Part shown: one piece after another, positions 1 to 12,989 of the stretch
Numbering within the stretch: the stretch's first letter is position 1
How the letters are laid out: every line of letters starts with the position of its first letter
NCBI GenBank assembly: GCA_964016885.1
Contig: OZ024741.1
Coordinates: 359,786,001 to 359,850,000 of the forward strand
Direction: 5' to 3'
DNA from: Eledone cirrhosa
Taxonomy: Eukaryota
Length of the DNA stretch: 64,000 nt
The notes under the pieces: model-generated
What the model saw: the letters and a program-made list of their open reading frames with translations, nothing else
Told to the model about the DNA's origin: nothing
Databases searched by the model: none
Made by a program: the position numbers and the translations under genes

Positions 1-1500
1 AGCAAGGTTAGAATTAACAACGAATATAGTGAAGAGTTTAGCGTAAAAGTTGGTGTTCATCAGGGCTCCGTTCTTAGCCCCCTACTATTTATTATTGCCC
101 TTCAGGCTATAACAGTGGAGTTCAAGACCGGCTGCCCATGGGAACTTCTATACGCAGATGATCTAAAGCTCATAGCTGAATCAATGGCTGAACTAGAGAA
201 GAAATTCCAAACATGGAAGCATGGCCTAGAATCAAAAGGCCTTAAAATTAACCTGTCTAAGACTAAAGTTCTAGTTTGTAGGAAGGAAAATAGGGCACTG
301 GTCCCATCCGGGAAATGGCCATGCTCAGTGCGTAGGAAAGGCGTAGGTAGAAACTCCATTTTATGTCCCAAATGCAAAGTATGGGTGTATAAAAGATGTA
401 GTGGGATCACAGGTAAGATAACTAAGAATATAGATTTTATATGTGGCCGGTGCTCTGGTGCAATAAGTAGCAGCAAGTGCCCACAGAATACTAGCTCATT
501 CCATTGCACAGATGGTTCTATAGAAATAGTGGACACCTTCCGTTACTTGGGTGACAAAATCAGCAGTAGTGGAGGGTGCTCTGAAAGTACAGTAGCTAGA
601 GTCAGAACTGGATGGAAAAAGTTCTGAGAGCTTATACCACTATTAGCCGCTAAAGGGTTCTCTCTAAAAATGAAAGGCAGGCTGTATGATGCCTGCATAT
701 GAACAGCAATGTTACATGGCAGTGAGACCTGGGCATTGTGTGCAGAGGATATACGCAGACTGGAGAGGAACAAAGCTTGCATGCTCCGCTGGATGTGTAA
801 TAGTAATATACGTGAACGGCAAAGCATAAACGAACTAAGGGAAAAATTAGAAATAAGAGGGATCAGATGTTGTTTACTCGAGAGAAGGCTACGTTGGTAT
901 GGTCACGTGATGCGCAAGAAAGACGAAAGCTGTATAACAAAGTGCAGGGCAATAAAGATAGATGGTAGCCACGGAGTAGGCAGACCCAGAAAAACCTGGG
1001 AGGAGCTGATAAATTCCGACCTCACACACTTACACCTCTCCAAGACAATGTCACTGAACCGAGATCTTTGGCGGTACTCAGTAATACAGAAGACCCGCCT
1101 TACCTAAATACATAGTAAAACCTACTACAGTCAGTAGGCATCTCTAACAAAAATACACCCCCGTCCCACTACCCCCACCCTATCCACACCACCCCTTTCA
1201 ATGTAAAGTTATGTTGGTACCACAACATCCAGTCCGAAACAAATGAGGTCGTGTAGGTGTCATGACAAAATAACACACAGTCCACGCTGTAATGTGGCCA
1301 TGTAGGTAACACGGTAAAAACCTCCCAGTCCACACTGTAAATGTGGTTGGTGTTAGGAAGGGCATCCAGCCGTAGAACACCCGCCAGACAGCCCTATGCG
1401 AGCAAGACAACCACTCTTGCCTCAAGTGGGAAAACTCCCATCCAAACCCATGCAAGCATGGAAGATGGACGTTAAACGATGATGATGATGATGATGATGA
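1..1500 (+). mobile_element. RTE-clade LINE, family A, 3' part (RT C-terminal half, 3' UTR, (GAT)n tail); disrupted by stops; runs off the window start
   Basis: Translations [47 protein letters not shown]. In-frame TGA at 625-627. 3' stem-loop CCATGC-AA-GCATGG followed by (GAT)n. Confidence 0.95.
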
Positions 1501-2429
1501 GTGTCTCATTTAAAATAGGTATACCATATCGTTGAGTATTGTAATAAATGACTAAAAAAGGTGGGTATCAGGAGCACATTCAGCTGTAAAGTATTAATTA
1601 GCTCAAAGTGCCCCATCTAACCCATGCTAGCATGGAAAAGTCAATGTAAAAACAATGATGACGATGATATATATCTCACTCTGTTGCCCCAAGCATTCAG
1701 ACCATATCTCCAGTTTAAAGATAACTCAGTAACTTCTTGTAATAAATTCCCATTTAGAAAAAAAAAGAAATAGGCATTAAATATATATTAGTTGAATTCA
1801 AGTAGAATCAACACTTGCCCTATTTTCTTAGCTGAAATCTTATATTTTATCCAATACACACCACTAGATCTCTCTTAATATAATACCACTACCATTATAT
1901 GTCGAAGACATATAGTTAAAACTGTGCTACCACCACCTATAGAGTTAACATAGGAATTTAGTTCAAGCTTTCAGTAAATGCTACAGAATGGGTAAAAGTT
2001 GAAACATATTTAGAGCACTACAAAGATATATCCAACAAGCATTTTTGGCATTTTTTAAAATCCATCTTTGCTTTTCTAATTTACATTCACCTTTCCTAAT
2101 AATCAGTTGGGGCGGGATTGAAAATAATGTCAAGAGTATGAGAAATATAGAAAACAGTAGTAGCCTGTACAAGTAGTTCTTGATGAGGAGTAAGTCAGTT
2201 TTGGACTGAATTCTCCATTAGAGTAGTAGTTTTATCTATAACAAGGGTAAATATTTAGAAATATGCAATTTATAGGACACTAATGGGAGTGGGGAAGCTT
2301 TTGCTCCTGTTTTTTCTGAAGTTTATCTAATTATATATTATTTTCTAATATTGGCATCAGGCCAAAAATCTGGGTAGAGGGTATAGTTGATTACAGCAAC
2401 CACAGTTTTTGAATGGTATTCTTTATTGT

Positions 2430-2752
2430 TGAAGTCATTAGACTGCAGCCATGCTGGAGCACTGGTTTGATTTAGTCAATCATATTGACCCCTAGCACCT
2501 ATTTTGTTCAAGTTGGTATTTATTTCTTCAATTTCATTTTTGTTGAACTGTTAAGATACAGGACATATAGACATAGCTACACATGCACATTCATATATAA
2601 CAGGCTTCTGCAGTTTCCATCTACCAAATTCTACTCTCAAGACATGTTGACTCCAGACAATAGTAGAAGACAGTTACCCAAGGTGCCATGTAGCACAACT
2701 GAACCTAAAAACATGGGGTTGTGAAGAAAACTCCTTAACCATGCACTGCACC
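2430..2752 (-). mobile_element. tRNA-derived CORE-type SINE, degenerate (fragments also near 41240-41330, 46880-47025, 49315-49360)
   Basis: Reverse complement has a tRNA-like head (TGGTTAAGG...GGTTCAG), then GGCACCTTGGGTAACTGTCTTCTACTA and ATTTGGTAGATGGAAACTG, resembling an abundant octopus SINE as I recall it. Confidence 0.7.
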
Positions 2753-3949
2753 TATTACTTTAATCTATCAACCCCAGAAGGTTGAAAAACAAAGTTGACC
2801 TTGACAAGAGTTGTATTCAGATGATAAAAGACCATAAATAACTACAAGACTGAGATGCTGTCACAGTTTTGTTCAACTTCTGGCCTTATCTAGTTATAAA
2901 TTGCCATTAGTTTAAAAATTATGGAAGCTATGCAAAAACAATGAAGGTGGTTGTTGTATAACTCCAAGTCAGCTCCAATGAAGCAGAACTATGTGACCAT
3001 TCCATTATACCTTATTGTCATGACTACATTATCCAACGTGTTTTTTCCTTTTTTATAGATGGTTAGATGTAGTCTAAGGGGAAGTTAGCTGCTATTGATC
3101 TAAAAATTATATCTGAAAGATGTTGTCCTTCCACAAGCAGATTTAACAAACACAATGATGCATAATGAAATATTTGTGATTCAACAGATATAGGGTACTA
3201 AATTGAATCATGCTAGCCTGGGCCCATCACATCATGCTAACAAATAGACGAGCTGGTAACCAGTCTCTTGTTGTAGTCTGTATATAATTTAAGGTTGCAG
3301 TTGAGCCCCAGGTCAGCCCTGAATAAAAAGACCCATATACAAAGACATTCTCGAAATCACCACCTCTGTTCACTTTCATCTATCAACTGTCTATTGTCTG
3401 AAATGGTCATTTTGTGTAAAACCACCACTACCGAAATAAAAATGTAAAACAGAAACCCATTGTTATGAGCGGCTCATATGATGACTGACTGTTGCAAAAC
3501 ATTGTTTTGCATTTGTATGTAAAAAAAAAGAAAGAAAAAATTATCTATATGCCTAGAGGACATTTTGTTTAATTAAGAAATAATAATAATTATAATAACT
3601 AGCTCGAAATGAAATAATTATAGTAACCAGCTCTGCTTCTATGAAACGAAACTAACCATTTTAAAGGGTTATTTAAATTAAAACCTCCCAACATAATTTA
3701 TCTAAGGACCATTGAAGTTACTATCTTAGTTATGAAATAATTTTAGTAAATCCTTAAAAATTCTTCATAAATTAATTAAAATAGAGTGTATTTCATTAGA
3801 AATATATCACAAAAACGTTAATAATATGGTAGTCGTATACTATTATGATTCTTACTCAATGTCTATAATAGAATACTGCTCACACATCCTTGATCAGGAT
3901 TGACCTGGGCTAACCAATAACTTAAACATGAAGTACCTACTTTTACGTA

Positions 3950-4140
3950 GTCGCTCGGTTTGCTAGAAATAGCAGCCAAATTTCCATTAAATCACTCCCT
4001 TCTGTTTAAAAAGGAAGAGTGCATTGGATAATGTAGTTCTAGATAAAATAATGCTTGTAATAAGGCAGGATGGTCACGACTGGAACGTCTTTTATCATAA
4101 GCCTTCTCAATTTGGACTGACTCGAAACTAAACGACAACC
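3950..4140 (+). mobile_element. Old unclassified SINE-like repeat with (CAA)n-like tail; related copies near 2945-3100, 4465-4625, 4770-4920, 36440-36580, 61730-61800
   Basis: Shared blocks GAAATAGCAGCCAAATTT, ATTGGATAATGT and GATGGTCACGACTGGA recur in both orientations. Confidence 0.5.
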
Positions 4141-5707
4141 CGATAGTGGATTCCACTCGGGGAGAGTTTGCTGCGTCATAATTATTTGTTACGTCGGTAT
4201 AGAGTCTGTCCCGTAATTATAGAGAGTGAGAGTAGGGAGCTATGATGGGACCAAAGATTCATAAGATTCCAGGAGTTAAGTTATCGGAACTTAAGATGGG
4301 AGATAGTTGGTCGAATTAGAATGCTATCTCCCTAAATATTAAACTAGCCAAGAAACAGTAAAATGATTTCGTATGTAAATAACTGTGAAACCATTAACGT
4401 AATCAATACATGAAATCTAAACCCATATTGACTGAAGAACAAACAATTATAGTAGCTAACGTGGTTGCTGTTGTTGGAGTCCCAGGTCAGCTCTGATCGA
4501 GTAAAATTAAGATTAACAGCAGTCCAGTCGTGACCATCTCGTTTTTTTCCCAACACCACGTCCTTTTCTAAGACTGCAAGGTGTGATTTCAAGGAGAATT
4601 TGCCAGCTATTTCTTCCAGGTCGAAGTTATAAAAGCGTTGTCACAGGAAAATTATTATATTCTGAAGTATCAAGAGGGTGTGGGGGGGGGGGGGGGGGTC
4701 GTTAGCTGATTTGCTTGACTCAGTTATAACTAATACCCGTTTTATCGATATGGTAGGAATGGGCGTAAGAGGTGTTGTTTAACCCCAAGTCAGCACTTAT
4801 CGAGCAAACCTATGGTCAAAGGCGCTCCAGCTTTCACTAGCTCATCTTAAATTCAGACAGTAGGATCACATTATCCAATGCCTCCTTCCATTTTTTTTAC
4901 GGGAGAGATTTAGCTACTAGTTATAAATAAAACCCCCGAACAAACAAACAAACAAAACCTCTTGTAACATAAAAATAAATATATAAGGTAGGATTTGTGA
5001 AGTAATGTCCACCATCAACCTAGTACACGTGAGGGATGGTTTAAGGTTTTACAACACACCACAAGCATGGTAATGGAAGTTTTGTAGTTATACAGCTCAG
5101 GCATGACGATTATAAAGAATTTTGGTGTCACGAACTTAGTCAGTAGAGTGGTCAATGCTTCTTTCTCCATCGTGCACCTCCAGACAAAGAATGACGATAA
5201 CCAAACTACACCGCACTATACTCCAATCTTTCAGCTAGCAGTAACTGTCTTCTAACAAAATATAATTCGATAACATCTAAAACTGTCATTTCTTTCCGAA
5301 GCCTTCATGACATGTGATCAAGTAAAACATGGTTATAAGGCGTTTTGTAAGAATAAATAATTATTTTCTTACGCATAAATATATCGTTTAAGAAAAAGGC
5401 AAAGGAGAATGGCTATAGTTGGTTTGATTAATGGTATCAGTTTTCGACATATACAAGGGATATGTAAAAACGATCATAAAAGTTTTGATTCGTTATATTA
5501 GGTACTATCGGTTATGCGGGGGAAAAGATCGTAAAAATATGCTACTGATATAGATTCTGATAAGCAAAACAAGAACAGAATTTCAAAACGATCCTGATTA
5601 ATAATTATTTTTTAAATGTTTCATCAGCGACAACGAAACGAAGTGAATGCGATTGACGACTGATAATTAGGAGATATTTTAAGCAGAAACGTATCGAAAA
5701 GTTAAAT

Positions 5708-5823
5708 TGTTTCTACTTTTGGCACAAGGCCAGCAAATACCCAGTGTATTACTGGTACTTTATTTTATCAACCCCGTAAGGATGAAAGGCAAAGTTAACC
5801 TCGGCGGGATTTGAACTCAGAAT
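5708..5823 (-). mobile_element. SINE with Deu/Nin-like central domain (partial copy)
   Basis: Reverse complement GAGTTCAAATCCCGCCGAGGTTAACTTTGCCTTTCATCCTTACGGGGTTGATAAAATAAAGTACCAG has a B-box-like GTTCAAATCCC. More than ten related copies lie in the window. Confidence 0.8.
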
Positions 5824-6369
5824 GGTTAAAGTTAAATAGTATTTAGAAGATAGATAATCAGGTAAGGTAGAGAGAGAATATTGTTTGTTTTCTGACAAAT
5901 CATGCAATATATACACCACATGGTGTCAACAAGTGTACAATAACAAACATGACTATAGTAAAAGAACAAAATAAACATGATGTTAGTGATGGTGATAGTA
6001 GTAGTGTTATGATAATGACAGTAAAGAGGGTAAATAATTAAACATTCACGTTACATGGGTGGCAACGTCAAGATACATATACAAATATATTTATGGAGAA
6101 CGTAGCTAAAATATTGGCATTTCTATTGAATAATTAAGGAAATTTATTTTTAAAGGAATGTAATGATAAGAAGTGTATGCATATGAGAGAGAGTGTGTGT
6201 GTGTGTGTGTGTGTATAGGACCGGATTTATCAGGGAGCAGTGGGGGCGAATGCGCTGCCCCACCACTTCATCCAGACCCCTGCCATCTCCGAGGACCCAC
6301 CAAACTTCAAGTTCCCCTCCCCAAATGTCTAAATCTCGTCCTGTGTGTGTATGCGTTACATATAGTCGT

Positions 6370-6810
6370 CAAACGTGTATTTAAGTTCTTCGATACACGA
6401 CACACATGAAATCTAGACATATTGGACAGAGTTCAATTGTAGTGCACCTGAGCACTGTACACAATAATTTTCATTATATATTCGATACATTTAAAAGAGT
6501 TACACCTGACAGAGCTTGACATAAGCAATGCATTACTTGATACACTTGACATAAGCAATACATTACTTGATACACGACATACTCGACAGACATAAGCGAT
6601 CGGAAAGACCTCGATATACTCGATACACATGACATATTTACAGACTTACCCGACACAAATGAGTGACAGACATACTGGACAGAACTATAGACATACCAGA
6701 TACACGACAGAGCTACGGATTAACTGGACATAGTTACTGACATATCGACATATATCGATAAACAGAGCTACAGACATACCCGACACACTGGACACAGACA
6801 ACTGACATCA
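6370..6810. repeat. Imperfect short-unit tandem repeat (GACATA/CGATACAC-type units), unclassified
   Basis: Repeated GACATA, CGATACAC and CTTGACATAAGCAAT units. Confidence 0.5.
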
Positions 6811-6914
6811 ACACAACCATTAACATGTCATGTTTCAGATGTTATTTTTCAAACACACGAAATTATAATTATTATTATTTTTAAATAGGTTAATTTATAT
6901 AGAAATTACATTAC

Positions 6915-7114
6915 CTGAGTGGAACTATTTGAAATTCGTCTTCGGTTAAAGTAGACCAGGTTCCACCAAGACATTCCTTGCACCAGTCATAAGCTTTTTT
7001 GTTAATATTTACTAGGCACCTGTCGTCGCCCATTCTCCTTTGGTGACCGAAGAAGAGCAAAACGTATGATTTCAAGGTTCGGAGGAACTCCAACAGGGAA
7101 CTAAAAGTGTACAT
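6915..7114 (-). CDS. First coding exon of a choline/ethanolamine kinase (CHK-like); alternative ATG at 7033; further exons not found in the window
   Basis: KAYDWCKECLGGTWSTLTEDEFQIVPL matches the choline kinase N-terminal block ([33 protein letters not shown]). It ends at a donor CTCAG|GTAATG (phase 2) just before the expected GGLSN motif. Confidence 0.8.
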
Positions 7115-8010
7115 TGGAGATAATGATTTTAAAACAAAACCCGGCAAAAAAAAGCAACAACAGAAAAAAATTAAGGAAAGATGGAAGGAAGAAACAGAGG
7201 AAGGGATGAAAAAAAAAAAAAGAAATGAAGCGAAACAGGCTCAGTCAATGTCCGCTTTTGCTTATCAGTTTCCAAGCCATGTAGAGAGTCACTAGCATTA
7301 TATATATATATATATATATATAACGGGAAATGATAATATACAGTAAAGAAAAAGGTAGGTAGGTAGGCTAATTTTTTTAGTAAGATTTCCTACCTTTGAT
7401 TTTTTTTTTTTGTGGCAAACAACTCTAGAGACGGTTAATGAACATACGTTGTCTACGACGACCACAATCAGTCTAAACTGTTACACACTAAACATTACAT
7501 TATACACTCTCCACACTGTAAAATCACCACGAAAGCACTTTCCTCACACTTCACCAACTACTTCCTTTTCTCTATCCATCTCTCTCTCACTTTATGATGT
7601 GTAATCCACCTCCTCCATCTCTCCCTCTTTCATTCATCCTGTATGTAGTACATTACCTTCCTTTTTCTCTATCATAAATTTTCTCCGCTAAGTCCCCCCT
7701 CTCTCTCTCTATCTATCTATCTCATTCATCGCTTATATATTCCCTTCCTCTCTCTGCATTACAACATTTTATTTTTCCATTTCAGTTTTATTTTCTCACT
7801 CGTTCTGTCTTGCAGAAATTTAAATTGTTCTTTCTCTCCCTCTGATCATACAGCTGTGTACACACACACATATATATATTATTATCATTATATAGATATA
7901 TATTGTATATACATAAATAAATATATATATATATATATATGTGTGAATGAAGTAATTTCGTCGGAAAGGTCCAGGAAAAAAGAGTGCTCTATATAGGTTA
8001 CAGAGCTTAT

Positions 8011-8207
8011 TAGTTATGTAATAAAAAACATAAGATAATTGTTTCATTTACCAGTGATTTCTTGAAAGCAAGCAAAATTTGCTTTCAGTCATCAGAATGA
8101 AAAAATCCAGGATTTTTTCATTCTGATGACTGAAAGCAAATTTTGCTTGCTTTCAAGAAACCACTAGTAAATGAAATAATTATCTTATGTTGTTTATTAC
8201 ATAACTA
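8011..8207. repeat. Near-perfect fold-back palindrome (about 98-bp arms, axis 8109) carrying two hammerhead motifs; probable Penelope-like tail plus inverted copy
   Basis: TAGTTATGTAATAAA...GAAAAAATCC A GGATTTTTTC...TTTATTACATAACTA; the right end abuts (TA)n. Confidence 0.9.
8116..8176 (+). ncRNA. Type I hammerhead ribozyme motif (mirror copy on minus strand at 8042-8102)
   Basis: Stem I TTTCATT/AATGAAA, core CTGATGA 8123-8129, stem II TGAAAGCAA/TTGCTTTCA, GAAA 8157-8160, short stem III, predicted GUA cleavage after 8169. Confidence 0.75.
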
Positions 8208-8261
8208 TATATATATATTAATTCAAAATATTAACAAAATAGATATTCTTGTGATCAAGTA

Positions 8262-8328
8262 TATTTTATTATACATATTTCAGAGGTACTGAGTTAACTT
8301 CAACAGTACGTCCTCATCAGATAAAATA
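8262..8328 (-). ncRNA. Type I hammerhead ribozyme motif
   Basis: Reverse complement: TATTTTAT CTGATGA GGACGTACTG..CAGTACCTCT GAAA TATGTA TA^ ATAAAATA. Perfect 8-bp stem I, stem II GTACTG/CAGTAC, near-palindromic stem III. Confidence 0.75.
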
Positions 8329-8519
8329 AGATGATGCATGACATACCCTGACATAGTAGATGGTTAAGATTCAGTCGTGGTAGTGAGTAATATATGACAA
8401 AACTCAATATTTATATACCTTAATATTGAAACATGAAAAAACCTACATATAATACATATAATATGTAATCTATTGTAAAACTCATTCTTTGATTTATTCA
8501 TTGAACCTTGTTTAACCTT

Positions 8520-8590
<71 letters not shown>

Positions 8591-8660
8591 ATGTATATTA
8601 TCATTATTATATGTATATTGTATATACATACATAATTAAATATGTATATATATATATATA

Positions 8661-10206
8661 TCATCATCATCATCATCATCAACGTTTAACGTCCGTGTTC
8701 CACGCTTGCATGGGTTTGGACGGGGGTAGCCCCACTTGAGGCAAGAGTGATTGTCTTGCTCGCATAGGACTGTCTGGCAGGTTTTCTACAGTTGGATGCC
8801 CTTCCTAACACCAACCACATTTACAGTGTGGGTCTGGGAGGTTTTTACCGTGTTGCCTACACGGCCACATTACAGCGTGGACTGTGTGTTTTTTTTGTCG
8901 TGACACCTACACGATCTCATTTGTTTCGGCCTGGATGTTGTGGCACCAACATAACTTTACATAGAACGGGGTGGTGTGGATGGGGGGGGGGGGGGGTTAT
9001 TTTGTTAGAGATGCCTACTGGCTGTAGTAGGTTTTACTATGTATTTAGGTAAGGCGGGTCTTCTCTGTTACTGAGTACCGCCAAAGGTCTCGGTCCAGTG
9101 ACATTGTCTTGGAGAGGTGTAAGTGTGTGAGGTCGGAGTTTATCAGCTCGTCCCAGGTTTTTCTAGGTCTGCCTATTCCGTGGCTACCGTCTATCTTTAT
9201 TGCCCTGCACTTTGTTATACAGCTATCGACTTTCATGCGCATCACGTGTCCATACCAACGTAGCCTTCTCTCGAGTAAACAACATCTGATCCCCCTTATT
9301 TCTAATTTTTTCCTTAGTTCGTTTATGCTTTGCCGTTCACGTATATTACTGTTACACATCCAGCGGAGCATGCAAGCTTCGTTCCTCTCTAGTCTGCGTA
9401 TATCCTCTGCACACAATGCCCAGGTCTCACTGCCATGCAACATTGCTGTTCGTATGCAGGCATCGTACAACCTGCCTTTCATTTTTAGGGAGAACCCTTT
9501 AGCAGCTAATAGTGGTATAAGCTCTCTGAACTTTTTCCAACCAGTTCTGACTCTAGCTACTGTACTTTCAGAGCACCCTCCACTACTGCTGATTTTGTCA
9601 CCCAAGTAACGGAAGGTGTCCACTATTTCTATAGAACCATCTGTGCAATGGAATGAGCTAGTATTCTGTGGGCACTTGCTGCTACTTATTGCACCAGAGC
9701 ACCGGCCACATGTAAAATCTATGTTCTTAGTTAGCTTACCTGTGATCCCACTACATCTTTTATGCACCCATACTTTGCATTTAGGACATAAAATGGAGTT
9801 TCTACCTACGCCTTTCCTACACACCGAGCACGACCATTTCCCAGAAGGGACCGCCGCCTTATTTTCTTTCCTACAAACTAGAACTTTAGTCTTAGCCAGG
9901 TTAATTTTAAGGCCTTTTGATTCTAGGCCGTGCTTCCATGTTTGGAATTTCTTCTCTAGCTCGGCCATTGATTCCGCTATGAGTGTCAGGTCGTCTGCGT
10001 ATAGGAGTTCCCATGGGCAGCCGGTCTTGAACTCCTCTGTTATAGCCTGAAGGGCAATAATAAATAGTAGGGGGCTGAGAACAGAGCCCTGATGGACGCC
10101 AACTTTTACGCTAAACTCTTCACTATATTCGTTGTTAATTCTAACCTTCCTGACTGTTTCTTTATACATGGCTTGTATAGCTCTCACAAGCCATTCGTCA
10201 ACGCCT
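8661..10206 (-). mobile_element. RTE LINE family A, 5'-truncated copy with open RT C-terminal frame (9045-10206), both ends in (TA)n
   Basis: ORF 9045..10220 from GVDEWLVRAIQAMY to EKTRLT. Its first six residues come from the microsatellite. (ATC)n tail at 8661-8680. Confidence 0.95.
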
Positions 10207-10330
10207 ATATATATATACATATATATACTATATAAAATGATAGGAGGCCGGACTGGTGAAATTCCTTCAAAGATTTATTATAGCAAATACTATGTACATT
10301 ACAGTACAATACAATAGGAGGAAACATAAT

Positions 10331-10560
10331 AGTACCACTGATGATGTTGCAGATGTGCATCGAAAGAACTTTGATAGACTACATAAATATATATATATAT
10401 ATCTGTAATTTTAACCGCTGGTCAATCAATGATAAACATTGATTAGCAAATAAATTAACTATGGAGATATAAAAGATACAGAAGCGAAAACCAACCAAAC
10501 AGTGAGTGTGTTCTGTTATTATTTCTGACAATATTACAACAATATGACCCTCCCCAAGTA
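10331..10560 (+). mobile_element. 3' tail of a Penelope-like element with a hammerhead motif at 10331-10380
   Basis: AGTACCA CTGATGA TGTTGCAGATGTGCATC GAAA GAAC TT^ TGATAGACT. Terminus ATGACCCTCCCCAAG-TATA resembles the 3' terminus ATGACTCTCCCAAAG-TATA of the Penelope-like element at 13365-15098, which shares GAAAGAACTT. Confidence 0.7.
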
Positions 10561-10574
10561 TATATATACATTTA

Positions 10575-10653
<79 letters not shown>

Positions 10654-10654
10654 A

Positions 10655-11263
10655 TGTAATATGTTGAAAAGGTAACACACTAGAGAGAGATAGTGCGCCA
10701 TCAATAAAACAGGGAAAAACCACCAGTGTATGGAATCTATAACCTATGGAAGGCAGGGTAGACACACTATAATTAAAAATATAAATTAAAGTGTATATAC
10801 ACACCTCTATAACTATATAACACACACTTACAAATCCAAAGAGATCTGTTTCGCCAATAAGTTGTTGACAGAAATGAAATAACCCCGGTTCCTCAGTGTG
10901 TGCAAGGCTATACATTTCAGACAACTCTAAGAGAATCTAAAGTGACCGTCCAGCTACACACGGGAGAGAAATGTCACGGCATGTTTAGGGCAGTGAACCA
11001 GTGGTGTCTGAGGGACAAGTTGCTAGAAAGGGCAGCCCAAAACCACTCAGAGAAGTGTGCTCAACCAAACAGAGAGCACAGACGATAAATTAATGGAGCC
11101 ATAGACTCTCGCTATTCCCTGTCAATAATGAGCTCATGGCGCACTATCTCTCTCTAGTGCGTTACCTTTTCAACATATTGTATTTTAAAGAGCTCAGGAT
11201 TCCTTCTCCTTTGAGCACATTATTAACAGGGAATAGCGAGAGTCTATGGCTCCGTTAATTTAT

Positions 11264-11270
<7 letters not shown>
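10655..11270. repeat. (TA)n-flanked element with interlocked inverted repeats X...Y X' Y'
   Basis: X 10657-10701 pairs with 11136-11180; Y 11083-11136 pairs with 11212-11266. Confidence 0.75.
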
Positions 11271-11302
<32 letters not shown>

Positions 11303-11307
11303 TTGAG

Positions 11308-11374
<67 letters not shown>

Positions 11375-11548
11375 TTGAGTTATATATATATAATTATTGA
11401 GTAGTGCCCCAGCATGACCTCAGACAGGTAAAACAGTAAAAGAGTATATATATATATAATATATATATATACATATATAATTATTGAGTAGTGCCCCAGC
11501 ATGGCCTTAGCTGGATGGCTGGAACAGGTAAAAGAGTATATATATATA

Positions 11549-12046
11549 ATTATTGAGTTAAATGACCGGAGGCTGGACTGGTGATATTCCTTCAAAGATT
11601 TATTATAGCAAATACTATGTACATTTCAGTAGCCAGGTTCTGTAAGATCCTAGTGACATCCTCAGGTGTTTATTGCATAATAGTTATATAATAAAGGAAT
11701 AATGGTAAACACAATCCAAGAAGCTATAAAATAAACAACAGAAAAATGTTTTGACTCAAAAGCCATCAAGAGGGCCAGTTGTCGTCAGTTTGGCTGACCA
11801 CATTCAAGTGACAACAACTGGCGTTCTTGATCGCCTTCGAGTCAAAATCATTTTTCTCTGTTTTTTTTATGCCTCTTGGATTGTGTTTACCATTATTCCT
11901 TTATTATGTAACTATTATGCAATAAACACCTGATGATGTCACCAGGATCTTACAGAACCTGGCCACTGAAATGTACATAGTATTTGCTATAATAAATCTT
12001 TGAAGGAATTTCACTAATCCGGCCTCCTGTCATTTCATTCAATAAT
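11549..12046. repeat. Fold-back element with about 240-bp imperfect arms, each with a hammerhead motif
   Basis: Right arm CTGATGA 11930-11936, stem II CCAGG/CCTGG, GAAA-TGTACA-TA^ 11968-11979, then AATAAA. The left arm (minus strand) has CTGAGGA. A partial third copy lies at 10235-10306. Confidence 0.85.
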
Positions 12047-12213
12047 AATTAACTCCGTTCTCGCACCGCCAACGAGATTCAACATCAAATATGGGTGAGT
12101 TACATAAGTTTCCTAACATTACATCAGGATTGGCTATACGGAATGACCAGTTCTATCCAGTGGATATATATACATAAATATACATACATACATACATACA
12201 TACATACATACAT

Positions 12214-12264
<51 letters not shown>

Positions 12265-12329
12265 ATATGCTTGCTAGGGCACAGCCACCTTGCATATATA
12301 TATATATGTATGTGTGGTACCGTAACTCC

Positions 12330-12555
12330 TGGAGCCCATCCCTCTCCAAGTACAGCAGATTTCTTCCAGAGAAAGATAGAAAGGGAGAGAGAGGAAATGA
12401 GAAAAAGATATAGAGGAAGGATCGACCTAATACTAGACTGGTACTTTTTTTGTTGACCTCGGCGGGATTTGAACTCAGAACGCAGAGAGCCTGAACGAAT
12501 ACCATAAAGTATTCTATCCGACGTTTTAACGACTCTGCCAATTTGCCGCTTCTCT
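12330..12555 (-). mobile_element. Deu/Nin-domain SINE, long-tailed variant (also 42125-42420 plus and 42950-43170 minus, tail-to-tail)
   Basis: TTGACCTCGGCGGGATTTGAACTCAGAA head block, with a tail containing CTCTCCA...ATTTCTTCC shared with the 42-43 kb copies. Confidence 0.6.
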
Positions 12556-12589
12556 CGCTGTGTGTGTGTGTGTGTAAAATAGAATACAT

Positions 12590-12959
<370 letters not shown>

Positions 12960-12989
12960 GTATGTATATATATATATATATATATATAT

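Noticed and set aside
102-827. Long antisense ORFs over RTE copies (also 9109-10050, 26153-27613, 29869-31329)
   Set aside because: They are shadow frames of the RT coding strand, repeated only because the element is repeated; no independent protein motifs.
1981-2200. Minus-strand ORF containing NYLY, considered as choline kinase exon 2
   Set aside because: It has no GGLSN or LLRLYG motif and no convincing splice acceptor.
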